NCBI GenBank assembly: GCA_965240325.2
Contig: OZ251233.1
Coordinates: 1,178,001-1,242,000 of the forward strand
DNA from: Rebecca billardiae RCC1528
Taxonomy: Eukaryota > Protista > Haptophyta
Length of the DNA: 64,000 bases
Reading direction: 5' to 3'
Every line of letters starts with the position of its first letter. Positions within the stretch are counted from its first letter, which is position 1. Positions 45,209 to 56,974 of the stretch are shown one piece after another. The position numbers were made by a program, and so were the translations under genes. Below the pieces are notes generated by a model. It worked only from the letters and a program-made list of their open reading frames with translations. It ran no database searches and was not told the DNA's origin.

Positions 45209-47025
45209 ATGCACGAGCCGGGCGCGCACGATGCGCTGCTGCAGGCGGGCAACGAGGGCCCGCGCGGGCGGAAGCGAGCGTGCTCCGGCGCCCTCGGCCT
45301 CCTCCCCATCGCAGCCGCCATGATCTTCGGCGTCGCTGTGGGCCTGGCCGTCAGCCGCGGCACTCCGCCGCTGCCGCCGCGGCTGGCCTCGCCGGTGGGC
45401 TCGCAGTCGGCATTGCCATTCGGGACGCCGGGCGACGTGATGTCGCATACGCCCGACCTCCGCCCGTACCCCACCCCCGGCCAGCACCACACCAACAAGC
45501 CGCCCAAAGACCCGGAGTGCAACTGGACCGGCAACGCGCTGCTCAAGGACGCGCGCAAGGCGCGGCCGATGGGGCCGCACTCCGTGTGGCACTGCAACCC
45601 GGGCGAGGGCCCGCCGCTCCACTCGAGCACGCGCAAGCCGATCCGCGACGACGTCTTCCAGCGCTTCACGCGCGAGTTCGACACGCTCTTCAACGCCACC
45701 GCCGGGCTGGAGACGGGGGGCAACCCGGCGTTTGAATGCACGGCGGACTGCGCCGATGGCCCGTTCACTGAGCACTGGGGCGGTGCATTCGTCTCGGTCG
45801 ACGGGCAGATGCACTCGCGCGGGTACGCGGGGCACGTCTCGCTGATGAGCCAGTCAAAGGTGCGCCCTCGCGGCCCGCGTCGGTGGCACACTTCCGTCCG
45901 CTGCCCCTCGCCAGCACAGGCTGATCGGCAGTCGCGACACCCGCCCCCCGCCCGGCACGCGCGCCCTTCCGACAACGGCGCAGGTGGCGGCGTACATCCT
46001 CGCGATCCAGGCCGTGGGCATCGCGCGCGTGCAGCAGTACGTCTCTGCCGAGCCCTCCGGCCGCGGCTTCGGCGACCTCTCCACGCTGAGCGACCACCGC
46101 GCCTTCAACCCCTACGTCTCGACCGGCGCCGAGCTCGTGTGGTCGCTGCTGGAGGGAGCGACGCCCGGGGGGTACAAGGAGGCGGTGGAGCTGAACCGCG
46201 AGTTCTGGCAGCGGATCAGCGTGGGCGCGGAGGACGACGAGGTCCGGCTCAAGCTGGACACGGGCGAGGCGCCCGCCGCCGAGGCCATCCGCCAGCTGCC
46301 CGAGGACCCTCGCGAGCTGATGGGGAAGGGCAAGTCCACCTCGTCGACAAACCTCGCCACCATCTACGTGATGGCGGCGCGGCTCGCGCAGATGGGCGGG
46401 CTGCCGCCGAATTCGACGATCGAGGGCACCTTCCAGGTGCGCGCAGCCCTCGCGCGCGCCGCGCGCGCCATCGCAGCTCGCCACCGCCGGCCGGCCGAGC
46501 CGCACGGCTGACGCGGCCGCGTGCTCCGTCTCGCGCCGTGCGGCCGCGGCGCGCATGCAGGGCTTCGTGCAGGTTAACAACCTGCGGCTGACGCCGCGCA
46601 TGATGGCAACCGCCTCCGCTACGCTCGCCAACGGAGGCGTCAACCCGCTCACCGGCGAGCGCTGCCTCACCGAGCGGCAGGTCCGGTACGTGCTCTCGCA
46701 GATGATGATGGCGGGCCTGTACGACGGCAGCGGCCGTTGGGCGTTTGCGATCGGCATGCCCGCCAAGTCGGGCGTGGCCGGCGGGCTGATGGTGGTCGCG
46801 CCCGGCGTCGGGGGGTTCGCCACCGTCTCCGAGCCACTCAATGAGCAGGGCAACTCGGCGCGAGGCATCGCCTTCTTCGAGGGCCTCATCCACCGGTTCC
46901 CGCACCTCCACTCGTACACGCCTGGCGCCGGGAGCGACCCCAACCTCTCGCTCACGCCGCAGGAGGAGTGCCACCTGAAGGCAACCACCGTTGAGCTGCG
47001 ACCAGGAGTGTACGTCCCCGCCTGA
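45209..47025 (+). CDS. Glutaminase-fold enzyme, type II membrane protein; exons 45209-45859, 45984-46436, 46561-47025
   Basis: VSVDGQ, SQSK (SxxK), EPSG, ATLANGGVNPLTG, GLYDGSG, GMPAKSGVAGG, PLNEQGNSARG; two in-frame GT-AG introns; TM LGLLPIAAAMIFGVAVGLAV. Confidence 0.88.
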
Positions 47026-47274
47026 GACGCTCGCGGGCACAAGGGCGTGCAGCCCCGAAAGACTGCTGGACCCTTACAAGGAGAGTGGCGGTACCGGCCG
47101 CCATCGTGCGGGAAGTGTCAGCATTTTCAATTTTCATGATCCGCAAATGACATTTCGCACATGATTGTCGCACATCAAACAAAACAAAAGTTCGTTTCTC
47201 GCGCGGCTTTCGAAGACGGAACCAGCAGGGCGGACCTGCGCGCCTCGGCGGCCGTGGTCGAGAGGAGCGGAGCC

Positions 47275-50200
47275 ATGGCGGCCGCGGACGCGAGCCCGCC
47301 GGTCATCACGCACCAGCTCACGGACCAGCAGCAGCAGGACCAGGCCGCGACCGCGATCCAGGCGGCCATCCGCAGCCGCGCCGCGCGCAAAACGACGCAG
47401 GGGCAGGCGGCGTCGGAGCGCGCCGAGGCGAGGCGGAAGGAGCGGGTGCGCGCCGAGCGCGTGCGGCCCGAGCGCGGCCCCGCGGCGGAGCCAGCACAGC
47501 CCTCTCCGCGCCACGGCGCTCGCGCATGACCGACCCCGCCCGCCGCGCGCTGCGCCGCCTACCCGCCGCCGCGCAGGAGGAGAAGGCGGCGGCGGCCGCC
47601 GCGGCCGCTGAGGCGGAGCGCCTCACGGAGCGGCAGCGGATCGCGGAGGAGAAGTACGCGGAGGCGGACGTCGATGGGGACGAGTCGGTCTCGAAGGACG
47701 AGCTGGCCACGCTCATCCAGCAGATGCTCGTCGAGCAGGGCATCGAGCTCGACCCCGAGGTTGTCAAGCAGTTTGTGATCGAGCAGTTTGAAGAGGCGGA
47801 CGCGGACGACGACGGCACCGTCTCATTCGAGGAGTTCTGCGTGTACTACAACTCGCTGATCGACCGGCTGGAGGGGGAGCAGCGCAGCGCGGTGATGCGC
47901 GGGCTGCGTGAGCGCGAGGCCGAGGTCTCCGCCGAGCGGATGCGGCAGGACGCGGCGCAGCTCGCGGCGGACGACCTGGCGGACATGGAAGCGCTGATGA
48001 AGCTGATCGCTGTGCTGACGGACGAGTCGGTGGCGCCCGTGTCGGGCACGCAGCTGCTGTTCGAGCGCGGCGAGGCGGGCGTGCGCCCCGTCGCGTCGCC
48101 CAGCGAGGAGGCGTACCACACGACGCGCGGCATCGTGCTCGACCTCAACCAGTACGGCCAGCGGCTGATCACCCCATGGGGTTCGTACATCATTTCCTAC
48201 ACGCTCACGTTTGAGGGCTACAACGAGGAGTCTGCGCGCGCGGCGGCGGAGGAGGCGGCGCTGCTGCGGATGAACACCGAGTCGTTCTACTTCGTGCTCT
48301 GCCGCATCTCCAGCCCGCTCCTCCACTTCAAGAAGCTGCCCGAGCGCACGCACTTTGCGCTCACCTCCGTGCTCAACACGGCCGTCGCGGTCGGCGAGGT
48401 GGTCGACGACGCGGCCGCCCAGCGCGACGAGGCGTGGCACGCGGAGCGCGTGGCGCGGTTCGAGGCGGCGCGCGACGCGGCGGCGCTGCCCGAGCCGCCG
48501 CCGGGCAAGTTCCTCGTCAACGCCGTGCTCGGCCGCACCGTCGTCGTCGACAAGTCGCTCATCGAGCCCCTCGAGTCGCGGCTGAAGAAGTCGAAGACGA
48601 AGCAGCGGCCCGAGGTCGTGGAGACGGCGCTGCTGCTCACGGGCAACGACCTGGAGGCGGCGCACAAGCTGCGCTCGGAGCACCTGAAGGACGTGGACAA
48701 GCTGGTGAGCGCGCGCAAGGGGTACTCGACGCGCGACCATTGCGATGAGGTCCTCGCCTCCTGCCGCTGGGACTACGAGCGCGCGCTCTTCGTCCTCGAG
48801 AACGAGGCGATCGCCGAGGCGACCGTGAACGAGATCATGAAGAAGCGCGGCCTCGAGACAGGGCTGGGCTTCCCCTCGCGCGACGAGGTGAAGTGGGAGG
48901 TGGCGCTGGCGAAGAACGAGCAGGCGAGCGCGATCCGATCGATCGTGCGGCAGTGGACCATCGAGGTGCGCATGATGCGCGAGATCGTCAAGTACGCGCC
49001 CGTCGACAGGCTCGCGCAGCGCGACGCCGAGCTCGAGCACCCGGGTCGCAAGCACATCGAGCAGCTGCTCGAGCGGCACGGCGGCGACGCCGACTACGTG
49101 GAGCACCTGCTGAGCGACACGGCGTTCATCCTGAAGGAGCGGAAGAGCCTGGGCAACCCGAGCCGCGAGCGCGTCGAGGAGCTCGTGCGCCACTTCGACT
49201 TCGACGAGCACAAGGTGAAGGCGTACCTCAAGTCGGTCGAGTACATCTACAAGTCGCGCCGGCAGGTGGGCTCGCCCTCGCGCGCCGAGATTGAGCACTA
49301 CCTCGACAAGTTCAAGTACGACCAGAAGAAGGCGATCAAGTACATGAAGTTCGTGTTCAAGTTCATCGACCCGAAGCAGCCGCGCGAGCTCGCCGCCGCG
49401 CCGAGGAAGATCGAGGGCCGGCTCATCACGCACATCGCGCACAACTGCGAGCTGCTGCTGAAGGGCACGCCGCAGCCGTGGGCGCGCCACTCGGTCGAAG
49501 TCGCGCTCGACGCGACGGACTCGGTGGAGGACGAGGCGATCGCGTTCCTGATCAAGGTGGCGAAGATGCACAAGGACTGCCCGCACCTGCCGCGGTGGGA
49601 GCTCGAGTACGCCTCGGCGCGCTCGTACGTCCTCGACCGCGACGACGGCAAGGTCACCCTTGACGAAACCATGAAGCAGTGGAAGCGATTTGACCAGTAC
49701 GTCAGCTCGCTGCGCGACGTGGGCGCGCCCGACCGCTTGCGAGTGCGCGACATGCTCGAGACGCTCGATTTCGACGAGGAGGCGACGCGCGCGCGGTTCG
49801 CGGCGATACACGAGGTGAGCAAGACGAACGACAAGGCCGAGCTCGGCCTCGGCAAGGACGAGATCGAGAAGAACCTCGCCAAGTGCGCGCGGCGTGAGCC
49901 GCGCGAGCCGCGCGAGCCGCGCGCGCCGCGCGCGCGCGCGCGCTGGCCACGTGGGCGGGCGCGGCCGCCGCGCCGCGGCCGCCCGGCCGGGCGGCGGCGC
50001 GGCCAACGCCTGCCGGCCTCGCCGCGCGCTCTGACGCGCCGAGCGCGCGCCGCGCCGCGCAGGTACGACTGGGACCCCGAGCCGACCAAGAAGTACCTCC
50101 TCGGCATGCACAGCCTGCGCTCGCGCGCGGCGCAGTGCGGCAACCCGCCACTCTCGACGATTGAGGCGGCGCTCCGGCGGCACGAGCTGGACGCGGAGAT

Positions 50201-51115
50201 GGCTTACAGACACCTGTGGGCGGTAGGGCAGGTGAAGTCGGACAAGGAGTTCCTCGCGGACGCGAGCCAGCCGAGCGCCGCGGACATCGACCGCGCGATG
50301 GCGCTCGTCAGCTACGACGTCGACAAAGCCCGGGTGCGCGAGCCTGCCCGGTCGTCGCGAGCGGCCGCGCCGACAACACTCGCGCCCCCGCGCGCGCGGC
50401 GCGCGCAACGCGGCGCGGCGTGCGCCCGGGCGTGCGCGCGCGACGCGTGAGCCGGCACGCTCACGGCTCGGCGGCCTTCCTTCCCTGCGCGCCCCTCGCG
50501 TGCCCCGTGCCTCCTCCGCCCTCCCCGCCGCCCCACCGAGCGCAGAAAATCCTCCTCACCGTCTCCGAGCTCGTGCGCGACTGCGAGAGGTACGGCGGAC
50601 CGGACCGCGAGCACGTCGAAGCAGTCTTCATCGAGGCCGGGCTCGACAGGAAGGCGGCGCTCTCGCAGCTCAAGGCAGAGCATCGGTCTGGCGAGGTGGA
50701 GCGGATCCGCGAGGCGCAGGCGGAGAGGCGCGCGAAGAAGGCGGAGGAGGAGAAGTACCAGCGCATCGTGCTCGCCGACGACCCCAAGGAGAAGGAGCGG
50801 CTGGAGGCGGAGGCGCGCGCGCGCGAGGCGGCCGAGGCGGCGGCGCGCCGCGTGGCCGCAGAGGAGGCGGAGCGCAAGGCGGCCGAGGCGCGCGAGGCGG
50901 AGAAGCAGCGCCAAAAGGAGGAGGAGGAGGCGCGGCGGCAGCGCCTGGTCGCGAGCATCGACACGGGGCCGAAGATGAAGACGAAGCGCTCCAACTCGAA
51001 GAGCGAGGACGCAGGGCCCGAAAAAACCGTCGAGGAGCTCAACGCCGAGCGCCTCGCGCGCATCGCCGCCATCACCGGCCAAGCGTCCGACGAGCAGCGG
51101 AGTGCGCAGATCTGA
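47275..51115 (+). CDS. IQ motif + EF-hand pair + tandem UBA/CUE-like repeat protein; exons 47275-47445, 47577-49882, 50063-50333, 50546-51115
   Basis: AATAIQAAIRSRAARK; EF loops DVDGDESVSKDE and DADDDGTVSFEE; about 13 helical repeats; three GTGCGC..CAG introns keep the frame; charged C-terminal coiled coil. Confidence 0.85.
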
Positions 51116-51569
51116 GATCGGCTTACGTATCGGCGTACTCGGTACGCTGCTGCTGACGCGCGCTGGTCGGCAGCCCGGACGGCGTGCCGGACCGGCGGAC
51201 GGCATCGTCGTCGCGCGCATTCGATACGCAGCCGACGCCGTACAGGTGCTGCTGTCTGCCTGTCACATACATAGAGAGAGAGAGAGACTTTACAGCAGGT
51301 CGTAGTCTGACTAGCTAACTAGTAACTCGACTCTGCCTCAGTCAGTACTGTAACTACAGTACTCAGTACATGTAGTTACTATGCATCAGGTACAAATACT
51401 GTCAGCCGATTAGGCTGTCCGACTCTACACTGCTGTGTAGGCGGAGGGGGGCCGGACAGGCTATCAGCCGATGAGTAGCTACGTACTGAACAATTATTGT
51501 TGTACATTGTGTACACCGGACTGCGCGCTAGCCTAATCCGCCCAGCATCAGGCGGGCGAAGCGCGATCG

Positions 51570-54112
51570 ATGTTGCCGACGATCGCCGTCCTGGCCGTCG
51601 TCTCCGCGCTGTCCGCCTCGCCCGTCAAGCTCGAGGTGCGCCCAGACACGCGCGCGGAGGGCGCATACAGCGTACTGCTTGATGGCGTCGAGTGGCTGCC
51701 GGCCGGCAAGCCCGTCGAGTTTTGGCATCACGGCACGCGCCTCTCCGCTGCGGGCGGCGGCCTGACCGCCGAGCACGCGTCGACGACTCACGGTGCCGAC
51801 AGCCTGGGCGACTTCGCGCGGCACGCGACCGTATGGCGCGCGCGCACGTCGCCGCCCATGCGCTTCGTCACGGCCGTGCGCGTCTACGCGCACGCCGCCG
51901 TCTTTGAGCAGCAGTACCCAGATGGCGCCTCGCCTGTCGAGCCGGGTGCGGGCCAGCCGCTGGCCAGCACCTTCCCGTCGTTCCTCGTCCGCGCCGAGCC
52001 GAGCTCGGCGGGGCCGGGCCGCCGCGGCTTCCTGCAGTACATCGGCGAGATGATCGGCTCGCACTACCGCGCGGGCGAGTGGACGGCCGCCGCCGCCGCG
52101 CGCGGCGCCCTCGGGCCGGGCGGGCTGTCTGGGACGGGCCCGCTCGTCCTTTTCGCCGAGTCGCTCGCGAGCTCGGCGGTGCTCTCGCCGCTGGCGAGCG
52201 CGATGGCCACGTCGCAGCACGTCGACGCGACCGCCGAGCCGGGCCCCACGCTCGGCTACGGCCTCCACGGCAACGTGACGCACGTGCCCGCCGGCTTCCG
52301 CCTTGAGACAATTGTCGTGGCGTCGGGCGGAGGCGTGCGCGCCGCCATGCTCGCGTGGGGCGACGCGCTGCTCGCGCGCACGGGCAAGGCGCGCTCGCAC
52401 GCGTGGGCGTCAGACCTGACGCTGCAGTACCTCGGCTACTCCACCGACGCCGGCAGCTACTACTACTACCGCACCGCGCCCGGCGCGTCGTACGAGCAGA
52501 CGATCGTCGGCCTTGCCGAGTACGCGCGCGCCGCGCGACTGCCGTTCGCCTATTGGCTGGCTGACAGCTGGTGGTATTACAAGGAGCACCCGGGCGGCGG
52601 CGTGACGAACTGGACGGCGCGGCCGGAGGTGTTCCCGAGTGGGCTGGCCAGCGTGTACGCGCGCACGGGGCTCGCCGTGCAGGCGCACAACCGCTTCTGG
52701 TCAGCGAAGACCAACTACACGCGCGATTTCAAATTTGTGGTCGCGGAGCCGACGCCCGAGCGCGCGCACCCGCTCGCGCTGCCCGTCGAGCGGCGCTTCT
52801 GGGACTGGCTGATGCGCGGTGCGGCGGCGTGGGGCATGCGCGTGTACGAGCAGGACTGGCTCGACGCCCAGGTGCGCCCCGCCTGCGCGCGCCCGACTGC
52901 GCACGCGCTGCACACACGCGCCGCGCCCCTCGCCCGCGCGCGCGCGCCGCGCCCTCACCGGCGACTGCGACCCGGCCGCTGCGCACGCGCGGGCGTCGGC
53001 GCGAGCAGCACCGCAACTTCCCCCCGCTGCTGCAGTCGGCGACGCTCGGGCACGAGTGGCTCGGGCAGATGGCCGACGCCGCGGCCGCGGCCGGCGTGAG
53101 CATCCAGTACTGCATGAGCTACCCGCGCCACGTGCTCGCAAGCGCCGCGCTGCCCGCGGTCACGCAGGTGCGTGCGTCCGAGGACTACCACGCCGGCTCC
53201 AACCAGTGGGCACCGGTGGGGACGACGGCGCTGTTCGCGTACGCGCTCGGTCTGGCGCCGTCGAAGGACAACTTCTGGTCCTCGCCGGCGCAGCCGCGCG
53301 CGCCCAAGGCGCGCGAGCCGCACAGCCGGCTGCAGGCGGCGGTGTCAACCCTGAGCAAGGGCCCGGTGCAGCCGAGCGACGCGATTGGCCACGCCGACCG
53401 CGAGCTCATCATGCGCTCGGCCATGGAGGACGGGCGGCTGCTGCAGCCTGCGGCGCCGGCGATGAAGGTGGACTGCGCGATCCTCGCCTCCGCCCTCGGT
53501 GCCCGCTGCCCCGACGCCGACGGCGGCTGCAGCTGCGCCGACCCGAGCGGCACTCGGCCGCGCGGCGAGCTCTGGTCTGCAGAGACTGAGATTGACGGCC
53601 GCGTGTTTGGCGTCGTCTTTGGCGCGCAGATCGCGGCCGATCTCGAGCTCACGCCCGCACTCGCTGGGCTGGACGGCGCGTCTCGCGCCGAGCAGGCCCG
53701 CGCGCTCGGCTACGTCGCGGTCGAGGCGAACGCGAGCTCGCGCGCTCTGCCCTTCTCGGCGAGCGAGCCGCTCCGCATGCGCGCGTGCGGCAAGGCGGAC
53801 TTCCAGCTGTGGAACGTGGCGCCACGCGAGCCGAACGGGTGGGCTCTACTCGGCGAGGTGCGCACCAAGTGGGTCGGCGTCTCGTCCGCGCGCTTCAGCG
53901 CCATCTCGTCCGACGAGGAGACCGTCGTCACGCACATGCGCGGCACGCCCGGCGAGCGCATCATCGTCGGCTTTGTGCCGCCGCCGCGGGCCAGCTCGCC
54001 GCGCCAAGACGCGGGCGGCGAAGATCAGGGCGCTGCGCAGACCGTCGTCTTCGTGGAGAGCGTCGTTTCCGAAGCCGGAACGGCTGTCGCGCAGGCGCCG
54101 CCACCATCGTGA
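51570..54112 (+). CDS. Secreted putative glycoside hydrolase, clan GH-D (GH27/36/raffinose synthase)-like; exons 51570-52871, 53009-54112
   Basis: Signal peptide; LGYSTDAGSYYYY, LADSWWY, HNRFWS, YEQDWL, IQYCM, RASEDY, PSKDNFWS, LSKGPVQPSD, DGRLLQP. Confidence 0.78.
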
Positions 54113-54200
54113 GGCGTCGCCGTCCGTAGTCCCGGTCGTCATCGGCCTTCAGCGTCGGCCGACGCTTGATTGAGTACTTTCGTAGATATTAAGTACTCAC

Positions 54201-55319
54201 CAAGGGGAGTCAGGGTACAGCACGTCCAGTTGGGCTGCAGCTGGAGCTTGGGTCCAAAAGCTTCCCGCGGCGCAGCGGCACTCGCCGCCGCCGCCGCCGT
54301 CGAGGGGCGGTTGTGGCGCGCACGGCGTGAGCCGCTGCGGGCGCTGAGGTGCGCGCGACGGCGGCGCGCCCGGCGGCGCTGCTGTAGGAGGCCACTGCCC
54401 TCCTCTCTGCCCCGCGCGCTTCGCTCGTCGTCGCCGTCTCCGCGCCTGCGACTCAGCGCGCACGCGAGCGCGGCACCGCCCGGCAGCCGGGGCAATCTCT
54501 GCCGTGACTGCGCATGTGCGTCGCGACCTGGTCGGCCCAGCGCGCGAGGCGCGTGCGGGCGAGGTAGGGCCAGTATGGGCGCGCGCCATGCCGCCTCAAG
54601 TAAGCCCATCAGAGCGTACAACAGGGAACTGAGCACGTGTGTCTGGTTGGCCGCTCAGTGGACTGTGTTCAAGCAATGCACGGGCCATCGTCGAGGCGAT
54701 CTCGAGGCACTCAGTCAAAACGTCAGTTCAGCGCGCAGACGACCTGGGTGAGAGTCACTGACAATGTATGACTCGCATGATCACAAAAGGCTCTGCAACT
54801 ATCGCGTCTGTACGCCTACTGCCTCGATCGTGCACACTGACGCCTGCGCTTGGGTGCCGCATTGTTTGTCAACGTTGTCGACAGAGGTGCAAGGCCCGCG
54901 ACATGCCCACCGGCGCAAGGTCGAGGCGGCATGGCGCGCGCCCATACTGGCCCTACCTCGCCCGCACGCGCCTCGCGCGCTGGGCCGACCAGGTCGCGAC
55001 GCACATGCGCAGTCACGGCAGAGATTGCCCCGGCTGCCGGGCGGTGCCGCGCTCGCGTGCGCGCTGAGTCGCAGGCGCGGAGACGGCGACGACGAGCGAA
55101 GCGCGCGGGGCAGAGAGGAGGGCAGTGGCCTCCTACAGCAGCGCCGCCGGGCGCGCCGCCGTCGCGCGCACCTCAGCGCCCGCAGCGGCTCACGCCGTGC
55201 GCGCCACAACCGCCCCTCGACGGCGGCGGCGGCGGCGAGTGCCGCTGCGCCGCGGGAAGCTTTTGGACCCAAGCTCCAGCTGCAGCCCAACTGGACGTGC
55301 TGTACCCTGACTCCCCTTG
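54201..55319. mobile_element. 1.1-kb foldback element, 397-bp TIRs, 7-bp TSD
   Basis: Arms 54201-54597 and 54923-55319 are reverse complements (CAAGGGGAGTCAGG...CCTGACTCCCCTTG); 325-bp spacer; TSD TACTCAC at 54194-54200 and 55320-55326. Confidence 0.93.
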
Positions 55320-55320
55320 T

Positions 55321-55364
55321 ACTCACCTCGCTTTGCGAGGTGAGTTTACTCACCTCGCTTTGCG
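55321..55364. repeat. Hairpin plus direct duplication at the foldback right junction
   Basis: ACTCACCTCGC-TTT-GCGAGGTGAGT (55321-55345) followed by a second TACTCACCTCGCTTTGCG. Confidence 0.85.
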
Positions 55365-55434
55365 GCGGGCGGGTGGCGCGCCTTCGAGTGCGGCGCATCT
55401 GGATCGCGTGCCCACCACCGTCAGGACCGTGCTC

Positions 55435-56064
55435 ATGGGGAACTGCTCGAGCAATGAGTCTGGGCCACCCTCGGGCAAGCCGATGATCAAGGAGGGGCAG
55501 CGCGTACCCAACGTCAACTTCGTGACGCGCGTGCGCAACTCGACGAAGGGCGAGAACCCGTTCGAGTGGAAGACGATCAACTCGGACGAGTACTTCAAGG
55601 GCAAGCGCGTCGTGCTCTTCGCGCTGCCCGGCGCGTTCACGCCGATGTGCAGCACCACGCACTTGCCTGGGTATGAGAAGAACTATGAGGCCATTAAGGC
55701 CCTTGGCATCGACGAGATCTACTGCCTCTCCGTCAACGACGCGTTCGTGATGCGACAGTGGGGCTTGAAGCAGGGCCTCAAGGAGGACAAGACGCTGTAC
55801 GCCAACGGCTTCCAGAAGGTGAAGCTCATACCCGACGGCGCGGCGCACTTCACGCGTGGCATGGGCATGTCGTGTACGTGGACCTCCGAGCGCGGCTTCG
55901 GCGAGCGCTCGTGGCGCTACTCGGTCGTGATCAACGACGGCGTTGTGGAGAAGCTCTTCCCCGAGATGGGCGGCGTCGTGCAGAACTCGGTGGAGGATCC
56001 GGTTGAGGTGTCGGAGGCGGACACTATGATGAAGTACCTGAAGGAGAAGAAGGCGCGCGTCTAA
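55435..56064 (+). CDS. Peroxiredoxin, Prx5/type II family
   Basis: FKGKRVVLFALPGAFTPMCS (PxxxTxxC), CLSVNDAFVM, GFGERSWRYSVVINDG; N-terminus MGNC. Confidence 0.95.
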   Translation: MGNCSSNESGPPSGKPMIKEGQRVPNVNFVTRVRNSTKGENPFEWKTINSDEYFKGKRVVLFALPGAFTPMCSTTHLPGYEKNYEAIKALGIDEIYCLSVNDAFVMRQWGLKQGLKEDKTLYANGFQKVKLIPDGAAHFTRGMGMSCTWTSERGFGERSWRYSVVINDGVVEKLFPEMGGVVQNSVEDPVEVSEADTMMKYLKEKKARV

Positions 56065-56386
56065 GCGGCTGGCTGTGGGGATGGTCGCACATGGATCACG
56101 AGGCCGGGTCACAACTCTCGGACCAGGGCCTTCGGTCTTGGACTCACGGACACGGTGACGGCGTGAGTCGCCGGTCCGTTCGACCGTTGTCTGTTGTTGT
56201 CCGTTCGGGGCCATCTATTCTGATTGCAACTGCAACGTTCTGTGACTGCGCTGTTGCGCCTCATTATGCTGCTCAAGAACATCAGAGTCATCCGGGCGCG
56301 AGCATCCGAACTGACTACTGCTGTAGACCTGTTACTGTATAAATAACTCGGCATCGGGCCCGGGGCCGCATCGGCTCACATTACAC

Positions 56387-56420
<34 letters not shown>
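56387..56420. repeat. Compound (TA)n(GA)n microsatellite
   Basis: atatatatagagagagag... Confidence 0.9.
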
Positions 56421-56427
<7 letters not shown>

Positions 56428-56974
56428 ACGCGGAGCAGGCGGCTTAGGTAACCTGACGAGTGCTCACTACTCGGTCACTGCCTTACGGAAACTACTGCTA
56501 GTAGTTAACTATTATAAGTAGAATCCGACTCCGCCCGATCCGGCGATCCGCGGTCCGGACGATCCGGGTCGTGCCGCCCACTTTCGACGCGGTGCCACTG
56601 GCACTGACGACGCACGCGTGACGCAACTCGCATCAGTCCCGCAGGCGCACGCCCACGTCCTGCCCGGCGCATTGTCGCGCGATCTATAGCGCTGTGATCA
56701 TCCGGTCCGGTCGTCATCACCCGCTGACGAGGTCATCACGGACACCGGTCGTCACTGCGGCTCGTCATGCATGAAAGACCCGGCGTGCCCGGCCCCGTGG
56801 ACCGTCCGGGACGAAGGCCGGGACCTGGCGCGCCGGTTGCACTCAAACAGCGGCAGACTGCGACGCTGACGAGTCATTGTCAGCTTTCACCTCAGCTGCA
56901 GGGAGAATCCCACCTGCCGCCGCCGCGCCGCCTCGCCAATAACGTCGCACCTGGCCCCAGCGGCGGGCCCGGCG

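Noticed and set aside
54850-55434. 195-aa N-terminal extension of the peroxiredoxin ORF
   Set aside because: Runs through the foldback arm; the credible start is the ATG at 55435.
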